This document shows, piece by piece, positions 36,871-42,170 of a DNA stretch of 42,170 nt. The stretch is from Clostridia bacterium. GTDB taxonomy: Bacteria > Bacillota > Clostridia > Christensenellales > UBA3700. The position numbers and the translations under genes were made by a program. The DNA lies in NCBI GenBank assembly GCA_900772745.1, contig CAAGRV010000200.1, forward strand, positions 1-42,170, read 5' to 3'. The notes beneath the pieces were generated by a model, which saw only the letters and a program-made list of their open reading frames with translations, had not been told where the DNA came from and did not search any database. Numbering within the stretch: position 1 is the first letter of the stretch; the number at the start of each line of letters is the position of its first letter.

Positions 36871-36872
36871 GG

Positions 36873-36950
36873 TGGTAGCGAGAGTGAGATTCGAACTCAC
36901 GATCCCCCGGGTATGAACCGGGTGCTCTGGACCAGCTGAGCTATCTCGCC
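36873..36950 (-). tRNA. tRNA-Met (anticodon CAU, elongator-type)
   Basis: The minus strand reads GGCGAGATAGCTCAGCTGGTCCAGAGCACCCGGTTCATACCCGGGGGATCGTGAGTTCGAATCTCACTCTCGCTACCA. It folds as a cloverleaf with anticodon loop TT-CAT-AC. It resembles Bacillus elongator tRNA-Met rather than tRNA-Ile2, but lysidine-type Ile is not strictly excluded. Confidence 0.85.
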
Positions 36951-36953
36951 AAA

Positions 36954-37029
36954 TGGTTGCGGGGGGAGGATTCGAACCTCCGACCTTCGGGTTATGAGCC
37001 CGACGAGCTGCCAGCTGCTCCACCCCGCG
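36954..37029 (-). tRNA. Initiator tRNA-fMet (anticodon CAU)
   Basis: The minus strand reads CGCGGGGTGGAGCAGCTGGCAGCTCGTCGGGCTCATAACCCGAAGGTCGGAGGTTCGAATCCTCCCCCCGCAACCA. It has the 5' C (mismatched 1-72 pair) and three G-C pairs in the anticodon stem, the hallmarks of bacterial initiator tRNA. Confidence 0.92.
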
Positions 37030-37048
37030 ATATTCTAAATGCTTGTAT

Positions 37049-37077
37049 ATGATATAAAAATTTTTATGTTTTGTCAA
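37049..37077 (-). promoter_or_regulatory. Sigma-A promoter of the tRNA-fMet/tRNA-Met operon
   Basis: On the minus strand: TTGACA (37077-37072), a 17-nt spacer, then TATCAT (37054-37049), about 20 nt upstream of the tRNA 5' end. Confidence 0.7.
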
Positions 37078-37137
37078 GGGTTTTGTGATAATTTTCAAAA
37101 AACAGTTTGCTTTTGATAAATTATATGCCAAATTCCT

Positions 37138-37300
37138 TGTTTTTTATTCCTGTCATTCTCATTTTGTTGAAATGACTTTGCTGACGTTCTCTATATAAAG
37201 TTTTGCCAGTGGACATAGCTGTGTTTTTTATTCCTGCCATTCTCATTTTGTTGAAATGATTTTGCTGACATTCTCAATATAAAGTTTGCCAGTGGATATA
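37138..37300. repeat. Tandem direct duplication, about 80-nt unit with an 84-bp period, two copies
   Basis: Copy 1 is 37138-~37217 and copy 2 is 37222-~37300. Both read TGTTTTTTATTCCTGYCATTCTCATTTTGTTGAAATGAYTTTGCTGACRTTCTCWATATAAAG(T)TTTGCCAGTGGAYATA. They differ by about 5 substitutions and one 1-nt indel. Confidence 0.9.
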
Positions 37301-37492
37301 TCCGTCGCAAATTCGGTTTTACAATTCCCCGCTTGAGTTATTGCCAATAGCCAACAAGTCATTCAATAACTGCCTAATATAAAATCATCATTTGCCTGTT
37401 GCAACATTGTTTGCAATGTTTTTCGTTACAATCTTGTTTTGCAAAGTTGCGTTCTTTTTGCACAGCAAGCGCTTGTCGCATTTTTCGATTGA

Positions 37493-38371
37493 TTATTTTT
37501 CGCCCAGTTTGTATGCGAGATAGCCCTCCAAGTTGTCGCCGTCGCTGACGATAATGCTATCTTTGCCCATCATTTTTGTTATCTCCATCAACAAAATGCC
37601 ACCGCCGACGATAAGGTCACGACGCTTGGCGTCCAATCCCACAATACTTGCTCGCTCATTCATATCCATTCGGTGGATTGAGTCGCACCATTTCTCGACC
37701 GTCACCAAGGACAGCTCGTATCCATCTACAATCGTTGGATCATAGACAGCCATCTGTGTGTCCATTGTCACGAAAGTTGCCGCCGTTCCGCCTATGCCGA
37801 GTAGGTGGTCAAAACTTGGAACATTGCCATAATTTTGTATGGTTTCTTTTACAAAATTGTGGATATGTATTGGGTTTTCGCCACATTTGTCATTGATGAT
37901 AGCAAGACCTATCGGCAAACTTTTGGAATAAATCAAGCCGTCTTGGTCGCCGACAGCAATCTCCGTACTTGCCCCGCCAATGTCCACAACGGCACAAACT
38001 CCCCCTGTGTATGCGCCCATAAATCCTAGTTGAGCTTCCAGTGCACTTGGCACAAGGTCAATCAACATACTATGTTCTTTTGCTCCGTCCAACAGCTGTT
38101 GGCGATTGGTCGCACGACGCACTGCCTCGGTTGCAAAGTAAAACATTTGCTCTGCGCCCCACTCGTTGGCGGTTTGGCGATAGTCGAGCATAGTGCGAAT
38201 AGTGAGCTCAATAGCCGAGTCACTCATCTTGCCAGTAGTGTTGAGTCCACGGCCTAAGCCTGTCGTGGTAACATACTTTTTGATTGCTCTGCCACCCTCG
38301 CTGAGCATAAGGCGGACAGAATTGGAACCTATATCTACAACTGCGTATTTCATATCCCAATTATAGTGCAA
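37493..38371 (-). CDS. Ppx/GppA-family phosphatase (short form, ASKHA domains only)
   Basis: 292 aa. It has the N-terminal AVVDIGSNSVRLM phosphate-1 motif and the later VDIGGASTE and IGGTAAT motifs. Confidence 0.85.
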   Translation of the reverse strand: MHYNWDMKYAVVDIGSNSVRLMLSEGGRAIKKYVTTTGLGRGLNTTGKMSDSAIELTIRTMLDYRQTANEWGAEQMFYFATEAVRRATNRQQLLDGAKEHSMLIDLVPSALEAQLGFMGAYTGGVCAVVDIGGASTEIAVGDQDGLIYSKSLPIGLAIINDKCGENPIHIHNFVKETIQNYGNVPSFDHLLGIGGTAATFVTMDTQMAVYDPTIVDGYELSLVTVEKWCDSIHRMDMNERASIVGLDAKRRDLIVGGGILLMEITKMMGKDSIIVSDGDNLEGYLAYKLGEK

Positions 38372-38449
38372 ATTCCGTCAATAAATCAATAATTTACGCC
38401 CAAAAGTCGCAAGAAGTTGTAAAACTTTGAAAAATTGTCGCAAAATTCG

Positions 38450-38478
38450 TTGACAAGAAAGCAAATTTATTATATATT
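38450..38478 (+). promoter_or_regulatory. Consensus sigma-A promoter of tRNA-Glu
   Basis: TTGACA (38450-38455), a 17-nt spacer, then TATATT (38473-38478), 19 nt upstream of the tRNA. Confidence 0.75.
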
Positions 38479-38497
38479 GATTAAGCTATAAATATAT

Positions 38498-38572
38498 GGC
38501 TCCATGGTCAAGCGGTTAAGACATCGCCCTTTCACGGCGGTAACACGAGTTCGATTCTCGTTGGAGTCACCA
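38498..38572 (+). tRNA. tRNA-Glu (anticodon UUC)
   Basis: GGCTCCATGGTCAAGCGGTTAAGACATCGCCCTTTCACGGCGGTAACACGAGTTCGATTCTCGTTGGAGTCACCA folds as a cloverleaf. The anticodon loop is CT-TTC-AC and the CCA is encoded. Confidence 0.92.
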
Positions 38573-38574
38573 GG

Positions 38575-38604
38575 AAAGACTTTGCTCGTCAAAGTCTTTT
38601 TTTT
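38575..38604 (+). terminator. Rho-independent terminator after tRNA-Glu
   Basis: AAAGACTTTG-CTCGT-CAAAGTCTTT is followed by a T-run. Confidence 0.85.
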
Positions 38605-38627
38605 ACGCTTTTCTCTGCCCAACTTGT

Positions 38628-38656
38628 TTGCCAAAGCGGGCAAAATGATATACAAT
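38628..38656 (+). promoter_or_regulatory. Candidate promoter of the small acidic protein gene
   Basis: TTGCCA (38628-38633), a 17-nt spacer, then TACAAT (38651-38656). The RBS AGGTG lies 7 nt before ATG 38672. Confidence 0.5.
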
Positions 38657-38671
38657 ATTGGTAGGTGAATT

Positions 38672-38899
38672 ATGACAAAAAACAACTTGTGCGACCAATT
38701 TCCAAAATACTGCTCGGTGCGTATGATAAGCACCGAGTATATCGACAATGATATTTATCCCGACGATCTAGGCTGTGTGGTGGACAATACTTTGGTGGAC
38801 GGCTGCGTCCAAGTCGACTTCTCGGGTGTAGATGAAGACGACAATTATTTTGGCACTTGTATGCTGGTGCATATCGAACATATCGAGTTGATTGACTAA
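38672..38899 (+). CDS. Small acidic hypothetical protein (75 aa)
   Basis: It has its own promoter, a good RBS and its own terminator. It is rich in D/E and carries 5 Cys. It shows a faint resemblance to small beta-rich domains such as DUF4926. I cannot verify that. Confidence 0.6.
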   Translation: MTKNNLCDQFPKYCSVRMISTEYIDNDIYPDDLGCVVDNTLVDGCVQVDFSGVDEDDNYFGTCMLVHIEHIELID

Positions 38900-38912
38900 T
38901 CAACTATACTTC

Positions 38913-38934
38913 GAGAGCTATGCTCTCTTTTTTT
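38913..38934 (+). terminator. Rho-independent terminator after the 75-aa gene
   Basis: GAGAGC-TAT-GCTCTC is followed by T7. Confidence 0.7.
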
Positions 38935-38969
38935 GTAATTTTTGCACTGATTTTTCCATACATTATGGT

Positions 38970-39557
38970 ATGAATATTGTGTATTTCGTGATGACAATTT
39001 CGTCACTTGTTTTGATAACCGCCATTGCTCCCGAGTCGGCATTTTCGATTATGCTAGGCGGTACAAAAACCGCTATCGAGCTGGCAATAACGCTCGTTTC
39101 CATATACGCTATTTGGCTGTCCGTGCTTCAAATTATGGAGAAAATCGGCGCAAACAAACTGCTCTATCGTATGCTCCGCCCTGTGACAAAAAAGCTCTTC
39201 AAGGGCGAGAGTGATATGGCTCTTCAATATATTGCGCTCAACTTTTCCGCCAACTTGCTAGGTATGGGCGGGGCGGCAACTCCGCTAGGCATCAAGGCAA
39301 TGGAATATATGCAAGACGGCTCGGACAAAGCTACCGACAATATGATACTTTTTATGGTCATCAACTCCACGTCTATTCAGCTCTTGCCCGCCACAATCAT
39401 AGGTATGCGTGCGGCGGCTGGCTCTACATCGGCGTCGGATATAATCTTGCCATCACTCGTGGCGACCACTCTGTCCACTTTGATTGGAGTCGTGCTTGCC
39501 AAAATTTTTGCCAAACCAAACAAGTCCCCCTCTCTTCCCCTAATTCCCAATGAGTAA
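38970..39557 (+). CDS. spmA: Spore maturation protein A (nucleoside-recognition/Gate domain)
   Basis: The start is set at ATG 38970 (MNIVYFVMTISS...). It is a polytopic membrane protein paired and overlapping with spmB, as in the Bacillus spmA-spmB operon. Confidence 0.8.
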   Translation: MNIVYFVMTISSLVLITAIAPESAFSIMLGGTKTAIELAITLVSIYAIWLSVLQIMEKIGANKLLYRMLRPVTKKLFKGESDMALQYIALNFSANLLGMGGAATPLGIKAMEYMQDGSDKATDNMILFMVINSTSIQLLPATIIGMRAAAGSTSASDIILPSLVATTLSTLIGVVLAKIFAKPNKSPSLPLIPNE

Positions 39558-40056
39558 ATATATCATACCTGTTTTCATCATTTTGATTGTCGTGGTCGGC
39601 TTTTGTAAAAAAGCCAACGTTTTTGATTGTTTCGTAAACGGCGCAAAAGAAAGTATAACTCTCGTGCTGTCGATTTTCCCGTTCGTGTGTGCAATTTTGA
39701 TTGCGGTCGAACTCTTTTCGCTGAGCGGACTCAATGTGTATTTTAGCAAATTTTTTGCACCGCTGTTGAGATTGGTGGGCATACCCGAAGAGCTGTGCGA
39801 ACTGCTGGTCATTCGCCCTTTGTCGGGCAACGGGAGCGTCGCTATGCTCGAAAATATCTACAATACCTACGGCGTGGACAGCTACATTTCTCGCTGTGCG
39901 TCCGTCATCGTGGGTGCTAGCGAAACCGTCTTTTATATTGCCACCGTTTACTTCTCGACCACCAAAGTAAAAAAGTTGCGCTACGGCTTGCCTATCTCTA
40001 TTTTTGCTTGCTATGCAGGAGCTGTTATCTCGTGCCTGCTGTGTAGATTTATGTGA
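39550..40056 (+). CDS. spmB: Spore maturation protein B
   Basis: 168 aa membrane protein with the RPLSGNGS motif. It overlaps the spmA 3' end by 8 nt. Confidence 0.8.
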   Translation: MSKYIIPVFIILIVVVGFCKKANVFDCFVNGAKESITLVLSIFPFVCAILIAVELFSLSGLNVYFSKFFAPLLRLVGIPEELCELLVIRPLSGNGSVAMLENIYNTYGVDSYISRCASVIVGASETVFYIATVYFSTTKVKKLRYGLPISIFACYAGAVISCLLCRFM

Positions 40057-40149
40057 CAAGGCTATTGTCTTATGTTCTCTATTTGGACTTTGATTGTGCA
40101 CTCGTACATTATATTTTTCCGATTGCGTTTCCAAAGTTGGCAAAAATAC

Positions 40150-40176
40150 AAAAAGCACTCCAAAGAGTGCTTTGAT
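40150..40176. terminator. Terminator hairpin between the convergent spmB and zinc-ribbon genes
   Basis: AGCACTC-CAAA-GAGTGCT is flanked by AAAA on the 5' side and TTGATT on the 3' side. Confidence 0.55.
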
Positions 40177-40229
40177 TGGTCTTTCGACTAACATATAGCG
40201 TGCAATTGCATTGTTGGCAATTGTTGCAA

Positions 40230-41015
40230 CTATTGCTCTATATTTTCTGCGGATTGCTTTTCTATGATTTGTCCGCTTTGCTCGCCGTCCTTGTCCATAT
40301 TTTCATCAACTTGGGCAGTGACTTCTTGGACTTCTTCGCTTGGGGATTGAACTTGGCTATGCGGATTGAGCGCAGCGGTGTCGAGCAACATCAAATGCGT
40401 GCGATTTTGGTCGCAAACAACCACGAACTTGCCGTCCAATTCTTCGATATGTCGAGTTGGGCACAAACATTCAGGACAACCTGTGTTGACCAAAATTTCG
40501 AACAAGTCGCCGTCGATATTCACCTTTGGTGGCTTGCCGTACTCAATTTTCTTGATAGCAAAATCCGACTTTTGCATAGCATTTAGCATACGGACAGCAT
40601 ATCCGCATTCCACAATCTTTGACAATGCAAACGCCTCTGCCAAAAATACTGCCAGCACAAGGAAAACTTTGAGCGTTTTGTTGAAGTCGAACTTTTTGAA
40701 CACAAAAAACAATGCAAAACCTACCAAAACGATGAGCACGGATACGCTTATCCAAATGATATTTTTTTGCCATTCCTTGCGTGTTTTGCCCTTTGCTTTG
40801 AGCGAAATTTGCTCTTGCGGAACATATTCTAGCCCCACAATCTCGTCTTGGTGCAAGTATGATTTTTCGATATTTTGTTGGTTGATACGCTCTCTTTGTT
40901 GTCTTTTTTCGCCCCAAGTCAAAGTTTCTTTCTCTGACTTGACCTCGGCGCCACAATGTGGGCAAAATGGCAGATTTTCATCTATATCTTTGTCACAGAT
41001 AGGACATTTTTTCAT
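40230..41015 (-). CDS. Zinc-ribbon membrane protein, hypothetical
   Basis: 261 aa. It has an N-terminal CPICDK...CPHCG zinc ribbon, two TM helices, a soluble domain with a second Cys cluster (CPECLCPTRH...C) and an acidic tail. Its start overlaps the upstream stop (ATGA). Confidence 0.65.
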   Translation of the reverse strand: MKKCPICDKDIDENLPFCPHCGAEVKSEKETLTWGEKRQQRERINQQNIEKSYLHQDEIVGLEYVPQEQISLKAKGKTRKEWQKNIIWISVSVLIVLVGFALFFVFKKFDFNKTLKVFLVLAVFLAEAFALSKIVECGYAVRMLNAMQKSDFAIKKIEYGKPPKVNIDGDLFEILVNTGCPECLCPTRHIEELDGKFVVVCDQNRTHLMLLDTAALNPHSQVQSPSEEVQEVTAQVDENMDKDGEQSGQIIEKQSAENIEQ

Positions 41016-41812
41016 TTTTCGAGCTCCTTTATCTTTTTGTTTTGCTCACGCAAAAGCGCACAACTTCTGGCAAGCATAATGCTCATACCTACCCCAACTA
41101 TCGCCAAAAAATATGCTCCAACATTGGTGATGAACGAGCTACCCGCAATACCTGAGAGTGAGATTATCATCAAAGTAATCATCTCCACGACGCTGACAAA
41201 AGCAAATATTGATGACACAACAAGTAGCGCCAACACGCCTTTTCCCTTAGTCCCAACGGCGCACGACATAACTATCAACACAATCCAATAAACTACCAGT
41301 CCATAGGCGACAAAAAGCTGTATATTCATCGCTTTGGCGAACATTTCTTTGTCGTGGTCGGTATATTTTGCATTGATAAAAGATTGGACAATGCTCGACA
41401 TAAGCTCTTTGTTGCCAGAGCCTTCAATCATTTGTCCCGTCATAAAACTCAGCCAATTATCTCCCTTAAGTCCGCTCATATTGATAGGCGCAAACATAAT
41501 ACTTACAAGGCTGATTGACTTGCCAAATTCGGTGTATTCGTTGGTGATAGTAGTTTCTTCTCCCGAATTCGAGCCCGAGCCCGAGCCTGAATTTCCAATC
41601 ATCTCTTGGAGCTCACTTTTAGACAGCTTGACGCCTATGCCCGTGAATGGAATACAAAAACAAATGAGAATAAGCAAAAGTCCTACTAGCATAACAAACG
41701 GAACTTGTCTTGCAAGTTTTTCGTGCTCTTGGTTTGCTCTCTCTATCAAAAGGTTTTTTTTAGCCGTTTCTTTGGCGTCCGTGCCGTTTTTCTTCTTTGA
41801 TCTGCTCGCCAT
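41012..41812 (-). CDS. Hypothetical membrane protein with a Gly/Ser-rich loop
   Basis: 266 aa. It has a basic N-terminus, a TM helix, an extracytoplasmic segment containing GNSGSGSGSNSGEE, and three or four C-terminal TM helices. Confidence 0.6.
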   Translation of the reverse strand: MASRSKKKNGTDAKETAKKNLLIERANQEHEKLARQVPFVMLVGLLLILICFCIPFTGIGVKLSKSELQEMIGNSGSGSGSNSGEETTITNEYTEFGKSISLVSIMFAPINMSGLKGDNWLSFMTGQMIEGSGNKELMSSIVQSFINAKYTDHDKEMFAKAMNIQLFVAYGLVVYWIVLIVMSCAVGTKGKGVLALLVVSSIFAFVSVVEMITLMIISLSGIAGSSFITNVGAYFLAIVGVGMSIMLARSCALLREQNKKIKELEK

Positions 41813-41917
41813 AAATACTCCTTATTTTGTTTATTATAAAACAAAAACAAGTATTTTTCAATAATTTTCTTTCTCTAACAAAAATTTTGGATAATTTTTG
41901 GCGACAAATACCCAAAT

Positions 41918-42170
41918 TTACAAATATAACATTTGGCACAACGACGCTACTGCAAGCTGTCTTATAAAAATATCTCTCACAACCCCACTATCCGTCATAT
42001 CTAGCATTTTGCCAAGCGTCGAAAGGCTGTGGGATATGCTTTCGAACAAGTTGCCGAACAAAACTTTGACTCCAACGTCGTCTAGTCGGATATTGCTCTC
42101 TGATATGGCGATAATTGTATTTTGTGCGATATGTATCGAGTTTTCGTACAGACAGTAACTGTATTCGCTA
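41918..42170 (-). CDS. 3' end of a hypothetical gene that runs off the window edge
   Basis: The minus-strand frame is open from the window edge to TAA at 41920-41918. It translates as ...EYSYCLYENSIHIAQNTIIAISESNIRLDDVGVKVLFGNLFESISHSLSTLGKMLDMTDSGVVRDIFIRQLAVASLCQMLYL*. It is absent from the ORF track because it has no in-window start. I recognise no family. Confidence 0.45.
   Translation of the reverse strand, partial: SEYSYCLYENSIHIAQNTIIAISESNIRLDDVGVKVLFGNLFESISHSLSTLGKMLDMTDSGVVRDIFIRQLAVASLCQMLYL

Noticed and set aside
34296-36872. Integrative mobile element (integrase, att direct repeats of tRNA 3' ends) around the R-M islet
   Set aside because: There is no recombinase-like ORF in any frame. 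I could find no duplicated copy of the tRNA-Leu or tRNA-Met 3' ends at the opposite boundary. The islet is therefore reported only as compositionally atypical, not as a mobile element.
37138-37300. Sigma-54 promoter (the minus-strand CTGGCA within each tandem repeat copy)
   Set aside because: The TGGCA is followed by AAACTTTATAT rather than the N7-TGC element at -12. There is no enhancer-binding-protein gene nearby, and the tRNA operon already has a consensus sigma-A promoter.
39424-40194. 256-aa minus-strand ORF antisense to spmA/spmB
   Set aside because: It is Arg/Gln/His-rich with no motif and lies opposite two well-supported membrane-protein genes.
41571-41587. Short tandem repeat (GAGCCC)n inside the 41012..41812 CDS
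   Set aside because: There are fewer than three full 6-nt units, and they simply encode the GSGSGS linker. The in-frame unit length cannot cause frameshift phase variation, so this is probably just low-complexity coding sequence.
1-42170. CRISPR arrays, rRNA genes, IS elements, prophage or toxin-antitoxin modules
   Set aside because: A scan by eye found no regularly spaced 25-40-nt repeats, no rRNA-like sequence, no transposase or integrase translations and no phage structural genes. The only repeats are the two-copy 84-bp duplication and short A-tract repeats, both listed above.

Overview
This 42.2-kb window looks like core chromosome from an endospore-forming Firmicute, probably Clostridia-like, since spoIIE, spmA/spmB and whiA are all present. 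Most genes lie on the minus strand in tight, often overlapping housekeeping operons. In window order they are: ssrA (tmRNA), metA, metY, smpB, secG, a phosphoglucomutase, a VanW protein, a PHP phosphoesterase, rmuC, cca, hpt, tilS, spoIIE, pfp, pfkA, dnaE, whiA, a second PHP protein, murB, aspartate kinase, a DUF1015 protein, cdaA, an M28-like lipoprotein, holA, comEC, ppa and a Ppx/GppA protein. The plus strand carries a ferritin-like gene, a small acidic protein and spmA-spmB. There are four tRNA genes (Leu-CAA, Met-CAU, initiator fMet-CAU, Glu-UUC), each unit with a near-consensus sigma-A promoter and a rho-independent terminator. I saw no CRISPR array, transposase, integrase or prophage gene. 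The only clearly accessory segment is an AT-rich islet of about 2.6 kb (34.3-36.9 kb) between convergent tRNA genes. It encodes a cytosine-5 DNA methyltransferase and a convergent 382-aa putative restriction endonuclease. That protein's C-terminus resembles the B3-like DNA-binding domain of NgoFVII/BfiI-type enzymes, and I cannot place its N-terminal ~230 aa. A perfect 9+9 bp GC-rich palindrome holding two GCSGC pentamers sits on the predicted methyltransferase transcription start. Other items worth a second look: a multi-hairpin element in the 468-bp gap at 4.2-4.7 kb; an ~84-bp tandem duplication upstream of the tRNA-fMet promoter; met genes between smpB and ssrA with no leader; cdaA translationally coupled to DUF1015 instead of cdaR-glmM; several enzyme homologues with apparently degenerate active sites; and an overlapping pair of unknown membrane proteins. 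All calls come from reading the sequence and ORF translations by eye. No database search was run.
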